DNA of 64,000 nucleotides from a virus, in the UHGV virus genome UHGV-0468246. The stretch is one strand, 5' to 3'. The position numbers and the translations under genes are program-made. Numbering within the stretch: the first letter of the stretch is position 1; each line of letters opens with the position of its first letter. Shown piece after piece: positions 55,362 to 64,000 of the stretch. Below the pieces are notes generated by a model. It did no database searches, was not told the origin of the DNA, and saw only the letters and a list, made by a program, of their open reading frames with translations.

Positions 55362-57764
55362 CTATGCACCCAATGCCGCATTGGAGCCGGTGCGCCTGCC
55401 GACCTCCTCGGTTACGGCGCTCTTCGCGCCCTCCAACGTGTCCTCGTCGCCCTCGGCCATCTTCTCGCCGGACGCGCCGCCGCTCGTCATGTCGATCAGC
55501 TCCCAGTGGTACTTTCCGGGCGTGGAGTAGTCGTAATCGACCTCCATCTCGTACGGGTGCTCGAACTTGGCCCACACGCCGTCCTCCTCTTCCCAGCCGT
55601 CGTCGGCGGTCTTCGCGGAGGCCGTGCGGCCCAGAGCGTCGTCGATGGCGGCCTGCGCGCTCGGGAAGTAGCCTTGGCGCGGATAGCCCTTCACGCCCAC
55701 GTCTTCGGTGACCCAGTACCAGTTGTAGGTTCCGTCCGCCTCGACTTCGGCGTTCACGATCTTGCCGTCGCCCGTGAAGCGCCACGGACTGCCGAGAGCG
55801 CCGCCGCCCATGGTCTCGAACTTCGTCCAGCCGTCGGGCGCGGGCGTTGAGCGCCCGGTGTCGTGCCCGTCGCTCGCCGCCGTCTTGGCGGGGAGGCGCT
55901 GGGCGTTCTGCGCCAGCCACTCGTCCGCGAGCTTCGCGCAGTACTCCATGGCAGGCTCGATCATGCAGAAGCCGTCCTCCGGGTTGTCGTACTTCGCCAG
56001 CAGCTGGTCGTACGGCATGCTCTCGACCTCGGCGTAGGGCAGGCCGTCGATTGAGACGGTCTTGACGCGGGCGATCTCCAAGCTCGGCTCGTACGCGCCG
56101 TCCAGCGTTCCGTCGTAATAGGCGTAGCAGCCCTTCGCGTCGTAGTAGAGGTTTCCGGGAAGGTTCGTCCAGCCAGCCCACGACACGTTGACGGTGGAGC
56201 CATCGCTTCCGACGTACTTGTACCAGTAGTCTTCGCCCGCATGCTCCCATCCTCCCATCTGCGCGGCCTTTTCAGCCGTGGTGACGCGCACGGTCTTGGG
56301 AGGCGCTGCGGAAACGACCTCGTTGTACGTCATCTTCTCGAACCGCTCCGCCTGACGCAGGGCGTAGTCCATGTTCGGCATCATGCCGAACTCGTGCACC
56401 TGCCCCTTGTCGGAGATGACGGTGAGCTGCGGCTTGGAACCGATCTGCTGTTGGACGACACCGATGGTAGCCCTCTTGTCCTTCGTCTGGCCTTCGTAGA
56501 AGGCGTAGAACGGCAGCTCCTCGTCATGGTAGCTCACCTCCGGGGCGAGGCCGCCGCTGGCCGTCTTGCGGGAGCCGACGGAAGACCTGACGGAAACGTC
56601 GATGTCCTTCCCGTCGTTGTACTCCCTATCGAAGGAGACCGTGTATTCGTCCCAAATGGAAAAGTCGTCGAAAGGCGTTTCCTTGCCGGAGACCATCTGG
56701 GATATTTTGCGCGTCATCTCGCCGTCAAGCTCAACGTCGCTCCGCATGTGCACGTTGATGCCGTCAAACACCTGCCCGTAATTGAACTCGGACGACACCT
56801 TCCTCGATGCCGTGCGGCGCGCGGAGCGCTTGCGCCCTGCGGAGCGAACGGCCCTGTTCTCGGCGCTCTTCTTCTCCATGTCGTCGTCCTTTCCCTCGGT
56901 CTCCCGCTCGACCTCTCCGATGCCTTCGTTGAACTCGTCCTCCTCGGACGGGTCGAGGTCGATGAGCAGCTTGTGAAGCTCTCCGGCGTGCTCCTTCTCC
57001 TCGTCGCGTATGTCCTCCAAGCCCTTGCGCACGGGGTCGCCCTCGGGCAGGAGGTCGATGTAGGCGCTGTACATCAGGATAGCGTCGTTCTCCGCCTTCA
57101 TGTTGTCGCGGATGGCGCGCTTCTTCAGCTCCTCCTCCGAAAGCTCCTTGGGGTCAACCGGCATCTGCTGCGCGGTCTTCCCCTCCTTCCATTCGCCCTC
57201 GATGCCGTCGGCTTCGAGCTTCGCCACGACGGCATCGTACAGCTCGCCGCCGAGCGCGTCTTGGACGATCTGCCAGTAGCGGTTGTCGTGCTCCTCCATG
57301 GCGGTGCCGTGGTCGTATCCGGCCAAGTCCCCCGCCACGAGCCAGTCAACGACGGCCTGAACCGTGCGGTCGTCCGGCATGGACGCGCTCTTGGGCATCC
57401 TGCCGCTCCCTGAGACCTCCTGAAGCTCCTCGCCGTACTCTGGGAGGGTTATGGTCGTATCGCCCGTCAGATCGGCTCCTGCGGCCTCGGAGGCGGCGTT
57501 GCGCCCCATGCACAGGGGCAGCTTGCCGCTGCCCTCGATCAGCTTGCAGAACTCGCGGGCCTCGTCCTCGTCAGCGCACACCTTGAAGCGCGCGGCCTCG
57601 TTCGGCCTGTCCTTCTCGAAGACACCCGCCCAAACCGTGTCGCCGGTCTTGTCGATGGAGTAGTTGAACGCCTCGCCGCACGATGTCAGCACGCGGGGCA
57701 TCTCCTCCTTCCACCGCAGGGCGGTCTTCGTGCCCTGCTCGATTATTTTATCGGGTGTGCCCAT
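55362..57764 (-). CDS. large virion-module protein (portal candidate?) with a rubrerythrin/ferritin-like E-x-x-H helix pair
   Basis: 800 aa; the segment ENDAILMYSAYIDLL…LEDIRDEEKEHAGELHKLL resembles a diiron-site motif. The palindromic motif lies within codons 3-8 (PDKIIE). Confidence 0.4.
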   Translation of the reverse strand: MGTPDKIIEQGTKTALRWKEEMPRVLTSCGEAFNYSIDKTGDTVWAGVFEKDRPNEAARFKVCADEDEAREFCKLIEGSGKLPLCMGRNAASEAAGADLTGDTTITLPEYGEELQEVSGSGRMPKSASMPDDRTVQAVVDWLVAGDLAGYDHGTAMEEHDNRYWQIVQDALGGELYDAVVAKLEADGIEGEWKEGKTAQQMPVDPKELSEEELKKRAIRDNMKAENDAILMYSAYIDLLPEGDPVRKGLEDIRDEEKEHAGELHKLLIDLDPSEEDEFNEGIGEVERETEGKDDDMEKKSAENRAVRSAGRKRSARRTASRKVSSEFNYGQVFDGINVHMRSDVELDGEMTRKISQMVSGKETPFDDFSIWDEYTVSFDREYNDGKDIDVSVRSSVGSRKTASGGLAPEVSYHDEELPFYAFYEGQTKDKRATIGVVQQQIGSKPQLTVISDKGQVHEFGMMPNMDYALRQAERFEKMTYNEVVSAAPPKTVRVTTAEKAAQMGGWEHAGEDYWYKYVGSDGSTVNVSWAGWTNLPGNLYYDAKGCYAYYDGTLDGAYEPSLEIARVKTVSIDGLPYAEVESMPYDQLLAKYDNPEDGFCMIEPAMEYCAKLADEWLAQNAQRLPAKTAASDGHDTGRSTPAPDGWTKFETMGGGALGSPWRFTGDGKIVNAEVEADGTYNWYWVTEDVGVKGYPRQGYFPSAQAAIDDALGRTASAKTADDGWEEEDGVWAKFEHPYEMEVDYDYSTPGKYHWELIDMTSGGASGEKMAEGDEDTLEGAKSAVTEEVGRRTGSNAALGA

Positions 57765-57821
57765 CGCACTTTTCCTTCCAACGTCCGAGGGAGGGCGCTC
57801 GCCCTCCCTTTGATTTCCGAT

Positions 57822-59479
57822 CTAGCGCACATGCTCCCATTCGGGGTCGTAGGCGAACGGGATGTCGTACCACACGTCGCCGTCGATCTCGTCTACGAAC
57901 GTGGTGACTTGGTTCTTGTACTCATAGCCGTCGATCAGCGTCTCCGTCTCCGGGGTCTTGCGCAGGTACAGGTCGGAGTTCCAGTGGTCGATATCGCTGT
58001 CCGGGATGTTCACGGTCTGCTCGTACAGGCTCTGGGCCTTCTTCACGCTCGCGGTCATGGCTGCGGCCTTCCTCTTGGGGTTCTTCCTGCCGCCCATCTT
58101 ACCACAAGTCTTAACTTTTGTCTTAACTTTTCCCTCAACTTTTTCTTTTACACTTTCGGCGGCCTTGATGTTCCTCTCGGCCAGCGCCACCAGCATGCGG
58201 TCGTGGATGTCGCACGCGAGCTTCGAGCGCGATGCCACGCGGAAGGCGAAGCCGTTTTCGATGGTGTACCCGTCGTTGATAACGATGTCGCGGCCGAAGC
58301 CCTCGTAGTCGAAGTACATCTCCTTCTCGTCGTCGCTGATGCCGTCGAAGCCAAGCTCATCGACGATGCGGTACCCCAAGTCGCGCTCGTCGTACACGTC
58401 GCTCCAATAGTCAACGTCGTCGATGTGCTCGGCGACGTATTCAAGGCTTTCGTAGTCGAGCAGCGCGTCGAGCAGATCGTCGTCGAGGTCTGCGTCCTCT
58501 ATGGCCTCCACCCACTCGTTCACGCTGTATATGTCGTCGTACTCGCCGACGCTGCTGCCAAGCCCGTCGGTGTCGGCGATCATTACCTCTTCGTAGAACT
58601 CGCCGTCGGGGCCGGTCTGCGCGCGCTCTATCGCCTCGTCTATCTCGCTGTCGCTCGCGGGGAGGGACAGCCAGTCGCCGTTGGTCGGGTTGGACACAGC
58701 GCCTATGAAGATCGCAACGTCGCCGCCGAACGCGACCTTGCGCGCCGCCCAAGCCTTGTAGCGCGCCTCCTTGGTCTTCAGGCGCGGCTTGCGGTTGCCA
58801 ACGTGCTTGGCGGACTTCACGGCCTCCGCCTTGTACTCCGCGTAGGCCTTCTTCTCCGTCAGCTTCGCGCAAGCGATCAGGCCGACGGTGCAGCCCATGC
58901 CAGCGAGGTGGTGGCGCACGTCGTCGTCGATCTTGCGGGCCATATGGCGCTCGGCCATGCGGGATGCCACCCATTCCGCCTTGGCGATCTCCCCTGCGGG
59001 CACGCCGTCGGGGTCTCCGTCCATGAGGTCGTCAGCCGCGTCGGTAAGCTCGTCGATGTCCTGCGCGACCCTGAACGCGGCGCTCTCCTTCTCGTGCGCC
59101 TTCAGGTGCTCTTCCAAAGCGTCGTCGGCATCGTTCTTGGCATCCTCGATGCTGTCGGAATGCCCGCTGTCCACGGTGCGGTCGTCGGTGTCCAGCACGT
59201 CCCAGCGGTAGCGCTTCTCGCCGCCGTCGTCCCACTTGACGGTCGCCTGATAGCCGCCGTCGTGCTTGCGCCACGTGGTGTCCTTCTCGTCCGGGTTCCC
59301 CTCGTTGTCTGCCTTCCATTCAGCGGCCATCTTGCGGCCTCCTTCCATGCGCTTCAGGCGCTTCAGCTCGTCTCGCTGGTGGTCTGTCTCGTCGTAGTCG
59401 TAAGGCAGCGCGAAGTCCGTCACGCAGTCGCCGTCGCCCTCGCGAGCCTTGCGGCTCATACCCTTAACAAGCTCCATCT
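57822..59479 (-). CDS. highly acidic protein (scaffold/internal protein or DNA-mimic candidate) containing an in-frame AT-rich insertion
   Basis: Start MELVKGMSRK with RBS AAGGAGAGAAAG; ~550 aa, strongly D/E-rich. The AT-rich island (58095-58150) is translated as K/V-rich ESVKEKVEGKVKTKVKT with atypical codon usage. Confidence 0.45.
58095..58150 (+). promoter_or_regulatory. AT-rich TCTTAACTTTT direct repeats (x2-3) in inverted orientation relative to the other copies, lying inside an ORF
   Basis: Plus strand caagTCTTAACTTTTGTCTTAACTTTTCCCTCAACTTTTTCTTTTACACT; may be an antisense promoter or a protein-binding site. Confidence 0.3.
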
Positions 59480-59487
59480 TTCTCTCC

Positions 59488-60399
59488 TTACTCGCCGAAG
59501 ACGCAGGCGGTAAAATCGAACGTGTATTCCGTGCCGTCCGTCTTGCTCTCGGCATCCTCGGCGCTCGCGTACAGCGTCGCCGTGAACTTCTTCACATCCT
59601 TCTGAATGGCGGCGACGAGAATGATGGCTCCCGGCCCGTCGCCCGTCTGGCCGAACACAAGCGTCTTCTCGCCGCTGCCGAGCGTCTGGCGGACGAACGC
59701 GGAGCCGTCAGCCGCCTTCATCTCGAACGCGGCGTAGTAGCCCGTTCTGTCCTCCTCTGCGGCGGAGAACTCCGTCCAGTCGGGAACGTGGTTGACGGTT
59801 CCACCGAAGACGACGTTCGTGCCTTCGACTCTCGCGGTGAGGCCGCTCGTCAGCTCGCCTAGGTTCTTACCGGCGAAGTTCGTTCCGGCGAAGTCCGTCT
59901 TCCCTATCGTCAGCGCCGCTGGCTGCGGCGGCTCCGCGACGAGGGCTTCCGGCGCTTCTGAAACGGTTATCTTCGCCTGACCGACCGACATCAGCATGCA
60001 CACCGGGTTCCCGTCGCCGACCGTCAAGCGACCGTTGGCATCCGATTCGAGCAGCACGCGGCCTCCCGACTTCAACGTCGCCTCCGCCGCCTCCCAGTCA
60101 GCATCCTTGTCGATGACGGAGCGCGACACGTCCGCCATCGCCCCGCCTCCGAAGACGAGAACGCCAGCGCTGGGAACCTCCCAGACATTGTGCGTCCTGT
60201 ACGTCGAGAACAGCCCCAAGGGGCGCTCCGCCCCGGTTGACGGCCTCACCCCGTCAGGCCCCATGCAGGCGACCATGCCCGGCATGATGTCGTGCCTCGA
60301 AGGGTCAACGGGCCAATCTTGGAACGTCGCCTGCGTCTTCGTGAACAATGGTTTCAGGGTTCGATGCTCCTGCGTTGCGAAATTTGACACTATAGCCAT
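59488..60399 (-). CDS. capsid-associated protein, larger paralog of 53440..53949
   Basis: 303 aa; N-terminus shared with the smaller paralog; predicted beta-rich. Confidence 0.4.
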   Translation of the reverse strand: MAIVSNFATQEHRTLKPLFTKTQATFQDWPVDPSRHDIMPGMVACMGPDGVRPSTGAERPLGLFSTYRTHNVWEVPSAGVLVFGGGAMADVSRSVIDKDADWEAAEATLKSGGRVLLESDANGRLTVGDGNPVCMLMSVGQAKITVSEAPEALVAEPPQPAALTIGKTDFAGTNFAGKNLGELTSGLTARVEGTNVVFGGTVNHVPDWTEFSAAEEDRTGYYAAFEMKAADGSAFVRQTLGSGEKTLVFGQTGDGPGAIILVAAIQKDVKKFTATLYASAEDAESKTDGTEYTFDFTACVFGE

Positions 60400-63300
60400 C
60401 TGCTTTCCTTTCCGATAACTCCGCCGCGCATCAATTCGTCAAGCGATGCGGAGTAAGAGGCGATCTTACCTCCGCTCGCAAGATCGTAGTCTATGCCCTC
60501 TGCGTACCCGGCATCGGCGAGCGCCGCGAGCACGGTGCCCTGATCGTCCGGAACGTCGAACAGGCGGGCCGCGACGCGGGCATCGTCGGTGTCCTCCGCG
60601 TACTCCTCCTCGGCATCTTCGGTCACCTCCGCGTCAGGCTCCTCCGCGTCGTCCAAGTCCTTGCGCAGCTCCTTGTTCTCCTGCGCCTCCTCCGTGTCGA
60701 TGTCGCCGAAGCCCTCGGCGTACTCGACGTACTCGCACACGTCGCAGTAGATGCCGTCGAAGTCTGGGCTTCCGCATATCGGGCACACGCGGTCGGAGTT
60801 CTGCATGTCCACCTCTTCGGGGATGCGCAGCTTGTTCACCATGTTGTCGGCCAGCTTGTAGTGACCGGCGATCTCTTGGAGGGCATCGGCGTAGAACTCC
60901 TCGTCGGCATCGGCGGCCTCCTCGACGGCGCTCCACACCTCTGCGGCAAGCTCGTCGTAGCTGTCGAAGGACAGGCCGAGGCTGTCGTACTCCTCGATGA
61001 AGTCGCTGGCGAAGCCGCTTGCGTCGTCTGCGGAGCCTTCCTTGCCCTCGCCGAACGGCTCGATGCCGAACCTCCTGCACGCGGCGTTCACCTTGTCGAT
61101 GACGGCCTGCCTGTCATCGGACGGTATCTCGACCTTGTTCCCGCGATAGCCCTTGCCGAGCGCGGCCTTCGCCGCAGCGGCGTGGTCTTTGTCCGAGATG
61201 TCCAGCTTCCAATCGCTCGGATTGTCGGTCGGAGTGTACGCATAGTCCGACTTGCTCTTCTCCGCCGCCGTCACCCGAAGCAGCGTCCGCGCCTCGTCGT
61301 ATACCTCATCGTTCATGTCGGTGTGCCTCCATTGCATCGTCCCGAACATATGGTCGGCAAGCGTCCCGTCTGCTCCGCTGCCCACGTAGCTCTCCACCAC
61401 GTCGTTCAATTTCTTGTCGAAGATGTAGTCGTAGTTCTCCGTGTTCTCGAAGTCAGACCACCTCGCATAGCCGTACAGCTCGCCGCCGTACATCTGCCTG
61501 TTGATGCCGTCGAGGTACCAGTTGCACCCGCCAACGCCGTAGCCCCAATGGTCGGAGCCGCGAATAACGCCGTCAGGGAAGTACCAGTACTCGGAGCCTG
61601 ATTCGCTCGTGTAGTCGGGAGCGCCCTGCGGCCTGTCCTCCACCTCCGCGAAGTTCGCCTCGGTCTCTATGTAGAAGTTGTCGGGGCCGAACTCCCTTTC
61701 CTTCGCGGCGACCTTGGCGGTCTTCGCCTCGGCCTCCAACGCCTGCACGGTGGCCGTCGGGTCTGCCGGGTCGTACACCCAGCTCTCCTCGAAGAACGCT
61801 ATGCCGTTGCATATCTCGAACGCGAGAACGCCGTCGAACTCGCGCCCCTTCTGCTTGATGTGGTTGCAGAACTGGGCGGGCTGCTCTGCCACGTTCCCGC
61901 ACACCGAGCACGTCGTGGTCTCGCAGTTATGAACGGCATACCCCTCGGCAATATAACTATGATCTTCCTCAACTTCAAAGTTATACACCATCCCCGTGTA
62001 CGGAAGAACCCTTATGCGGTCTATGCGCCTCCAAGTGCCTTGTTCGTCAACATAGCACATCGCCATTTTCTTCTGTTCTTCGGAGCGATCTCCATAAGAG
62101 ACGTAACGTGTGTGTTTGGCAATATCGGATATTCTCTCGGAAGACCTAGCGATTGGTTTGGACATCTTGATGCCAAGTTGAGTGCATATTGAAAATATCT
62201 GATATGCAAGGTCTTTTGAAACGGTGGAATATGCGACCCTGTGATCATCAATGTAATGTCCGTCTCCATTAAGATACGCTTCGACAAGATCGCCAAGACA
62301 CTCATCATCCCAGCGCATTGCTTCGTCGCTTATTCTTTTCCCATGGGAATACTTCCCACCATGCTCTAACATCATATTTGCAAGTTCCGGTGAATTGCAC
62401 CTTATCGTAGCAGCTCCACGCTTGATATATGGCCCAACCGCCTTATATCCGAGTTCAGAGCAAAGCGCCATGACTTCATCGTGATAATCAGTCTCGCTAT
62501 CGCAAAACGTCCACTCGACAAACGCTGGTGCGCCAACACCAATGTTCAGCTTTTTGTCATATCCGAAGTTTCCCTCTGCGAGATAGTATCCAAGGAGCCT
62601 TGCGAACACGCGATTCCCGCCACGCGATGTGCGAACGGGCTTCGGGTCGAGAACGTAATCTCCAACCTCCAAGTCACTCGCAATGACCCATCCTTCAAAA
62701 TCGGGCTGGTATCCATGGCCGTCAACGCCGTTCTTCGCGGCCTCGCGCACATGCGCCGCAAGGCTTCTATGGCTCTTGAACGAGCGCCCGCAAATGCAAG
62801 AATGCTCTGCATTGTCGCCATCATGAGCTATCCTGCTTTCACGTATGGTTCGCATCGCGTCGTTCTTCATTCGACGCACCCAGACGGGATGCTCGTCGGT
62901 AAGAACCATCGGACGTTTGCTTCCATAAGATCGCACCTCATACACGATTCCGGAATGCAAGCTCGCCATCGTGTCGGCAACCCTTCGCACGTTCCCAAGA
63001 TGCGTTATAACCTCATCGCCGACCGCAACGTCTTCGATGTTTTTGACGGTGCCGTTTGACATAGTTATATGCGTTCCGGGAACAAAGCAGTTGAGGCCCA
63101 TGGAAACGGTGTCGATGTCGCCGCTGCGGATGAGCGCGCACAGCCTCGGGAACGTAACCTCGTCCATCTCCATCAGAATCTCTATCCAACGGTCTTCCGG
63201 GTCTTCGTCGTGGTACACCGCGTCGATGATGTAGCCGCGCGCCCTGTCGAGGTTCGTGTTCGAGTGGTTCACGTACACCGGCTTGCCGACGAACGTGCGG

Positions 63301-63503
63301 TACGCGGTCTTCAGCTCCTCGTGCGGCAGCATGTCGAAGTTCAGGTTCGGAACGTCTGCGGTGCATGCGCGGACGGAGACGTACAGGAACCCGTCGCCGC
63401 GATCATCGTACTCGAACGAGCCGAGGGCCTTGCGCGCGGCGACGCGCCCGGTCGTCCCGAAGCTCGTTCCGATTATGGAGCAGTTGGAGAACTTAACGAA
63501 CAT
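60390..63503 (-). CDS. intein-containing head-module protein; N-extein resembles a prohead serine protease, and the long acidic C-extein carries two zinc ribbons (possible protease-scaffold fusion)
   Basis: N-extein VYVNHSNTNLDRARGYIIDA resembles the S78 protease His motif; the intein is inserted after VSMGLN; C-extein CSVCGN…FCNH and CPICGSPDFDGIYCDVC. Confidence 0.5.
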   Translation of the reverse strand: MFVKFSNCSIIGTSFGTTGRVAARKALGSFEYDDRGDGFLYVSVRACTADVPNLNFDMLPHEELKTAYRTFVGKPVYVNHSNTNLDRARGYIIDAVYHDEDPEDRWIEILMEMDEVTFPRLCALIRSGDIDTVSMGLNCFVPGTHITMSNGTVKNIEDVAVGDEVITHLGNVRRVADTMASLHSGIVYEVRSYGSKRPMVLTDEHPVWVRRMKNDAMRTIRESRIAHDGDNAEHSCICGRSFKSHRSLAAHVREAAKNGVDGHGYQPDFEGWVIASDLEVGDYVLDPKPVRTSRGGNRVFARLLGYYLAEGNFGYDKKLNIGVGAPAFVEWTFCDSETDYHDEVMALCSELGYKAVGPYIKRGAATIRCNSPELANMMLEHGGKYSHGKRISDEAMRWDDECLGDLVEAYLNGDGHYIDDHRVAYSTVSKDLAYQIFSICTQLGIKMSKPIARSSERISDIAKHTRYVSYGDRSEEQKKMAMCYVDEQGTWRRIDRIRVLPYTGMVYNFEVEEDHSYIAEGYAVHNCETTTCSVCGNVAEQPAQFCNHIKQKGREFDGVLAFEICNGIAFFEESWVYDPADPTATVQALEAEAKTAKVAAKEREFGPDNFYIETEANFAEVEDRPQGAPDYTSESGSEYWYFPDGVIRGSDHWGYGVGGCNWYLDGINRQMYGGELYGYARWSDFENTENYDYIFDKKLNDVVESYVGSGADGTLADHMFGTMQWRHTDMNDEVYDEARTLLRVTAAEKSKSDYAYTPTDNPSDWKLDISDKDHAAAAKAALGKGYRGNKVEIPSDDRQAVIDKVNAACRRFGIEPFGEGKEGSADDASGFASDFIEEYDSLGLSFDSYDELAAEVWSAVEEAADADEEFYADALQEIAGHYKLADNMVNKLRIPEEVDMQNSDRVCPICGSPDFDGIYCDVCEYVEYAEGFGDIDTEEAQENKELRKDLDDAEEPDAEVTEDAEEEYAEDTDDARVAARLFDVPDDQGTVLAALADAGYAEGIDYDLASGGKIASYSASLDELMRGGVIGKESRWL
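61926..63089 (-). mobile_element. intein (Cys1 ... HN / Cys+1) with LAGLIDADG homing endonuclease and an internal C2H2-like zinc-finger insert
   Basis: Starts CFVPGTHITMSNG, ends GYAVHN|C. LAGLIDADG motifs LLGYYLAEGNF and LVEAYLNGDG. Insert HSCICGRSFKSHRSLAAH. 61.95-62.9 kb has clearly lower GC than the flanks. Confidence 0.75.
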
Positions 63504-64000
63504 GCTTGCCCTTCTTCCTCGCCTTATACGCCATGTAGCAGTTCACGATCAAAGCGGCCTCCATGAGCGCCACCAGAGCCATTTTGACGACGAGAAGCGC
63601 GTTCGGGCCCGGCAGGCCTATGAACGCGCTGTCGGCCAGCGTCACGACCGCGAGAACGCCCATTATGAGCGCTATGAGCATCTTGTCGTTCGCATAGTAG
63701 CGGATTGCCATGACGGCGAAGCCCGCGAAGACGACGAACGCCGACGGCATGACGACCGAGTGCGGCGCTCGCGTGAAGAAGCCGCCGATGACCGACGACA
63801 TGAAGACGAACACGACGAGCAGCAGCATGTCTATCGAACGCCAGCTCTTGTCGGTCGCCCCCGCGAACATGAAGACACCCGCCATGCCGTAGGCTGCGAG
63901 CGAGAAGAAGCGGGCGAACATGTCGTGCTCGCCCACCGATGCGATGATCGAGGCGGAGAGCGCCATCGAGGCGAGCGCTGCGGCCATGTAGGGCATGCTC
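63493..64000 (-). CDS. integral membrane protein (4-5 TM helices), 5' end possibly beyond the window
   Basis: 167+ aa, strongly hydrophobic; product ends …YKARKKGKHVR. Confidence 0.45.
   Translation of the reverse strand, partial: SMPYMAAALASMALSASIIASVGEHDMFARFFSLAAYGMAGVFMFAGATDKSWRSIDMLLLVVFVFMSSVIGGFFTRAPHSVVMPSAFVVFAGFAVMAIRYYANDKMLIALIMGVLAVVTLADSAFIGLPGPNALLVVKMALVALMEAALIVNCYMAYKARKKGKHVR

Noticed and set aside
1-64000. CRISPR arrays, tRNA genes, integrase or attachment sites
   Set aside because: No spaced direct-repeat arrays were seen; intergenic regions are too short (under 200 bp) to hold tRNAs with recognisable cloverleaf features by eye. No tyrosine or serine recombinase motifs were seen in any ORF, so the window looks like the interior of a phage genome. 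tRNAscan or a recombinase HMM search on the complete sequence would settle this.

Overview
The window is a 64-kb stretch of a GC-rich (~65%) tailed-phage or prophage genome. All ~70 recognisable genes lie on the minus strand, so the long plus-strand ORFs in the track are almost certainly antisense artefacts of the GC-rich composition. Reading in the direction of transcription (high to low coordinates) there are three blocks. (1) Head module, 64.0-51.0 kb: a protease-like protein carrying an intein, acidic proteins, a scaffold, a major capsid protein, with three internal rho-independent terminators (after the capsid gene, after the 82-aa gene at ~55.0 kb, and after the last tail-fibre gene at ~18.1 kb). 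(2) Contractile-tail and baseplate module, 51.0-18.1 kb: a neck protein carrying a second intein, sheath, tube, a G/GT chaperone pair with an A-AAA-AAA -1 frameshift site, tape measure, baseplate hub, spike, gp25-like, baseplate J and tail fibres. (3) DNA replication and recombination module, 18.0-0 kb: SNF2 helicase, DnaC-like loader, a DnaB helicase split at its P-loop by a third intein, DnaG primase, a J-domain protein, an unusual SSB, DnaE PolIII alpha, RecA and PD-(D/E)XK nucleases. The most unusual region is a ~9-kb accessory island (32.2-41.2 kb) inserted in the tail module. It holds three paralogous tail lysins, each with a different cell-wall hydrolase domain, a secreted C39-like peptidase, and a tandem array of ten tail-collar-domain (MdpB-like) mini-genes plus one unrelated small gene. 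Each mini-gene ends at a poly-G tract of 8-10 bases (sense strand) that sets the frame of a conserved C-terminal strand and in one case fuses adjacent paralogs. Other recurring signals: a near-palindromic 14-16-mer TCGATTAWWTAATCGA (six copies), AT-rich TCTTAACTTTT direct-repeat islands (five copies, promoter-like), and G9-CA leaders upstream of start codons. No integrase, repressor, tRNA or CRISPR array was recognised. Coordinates I derived by hand-counting may be off by a few bases.
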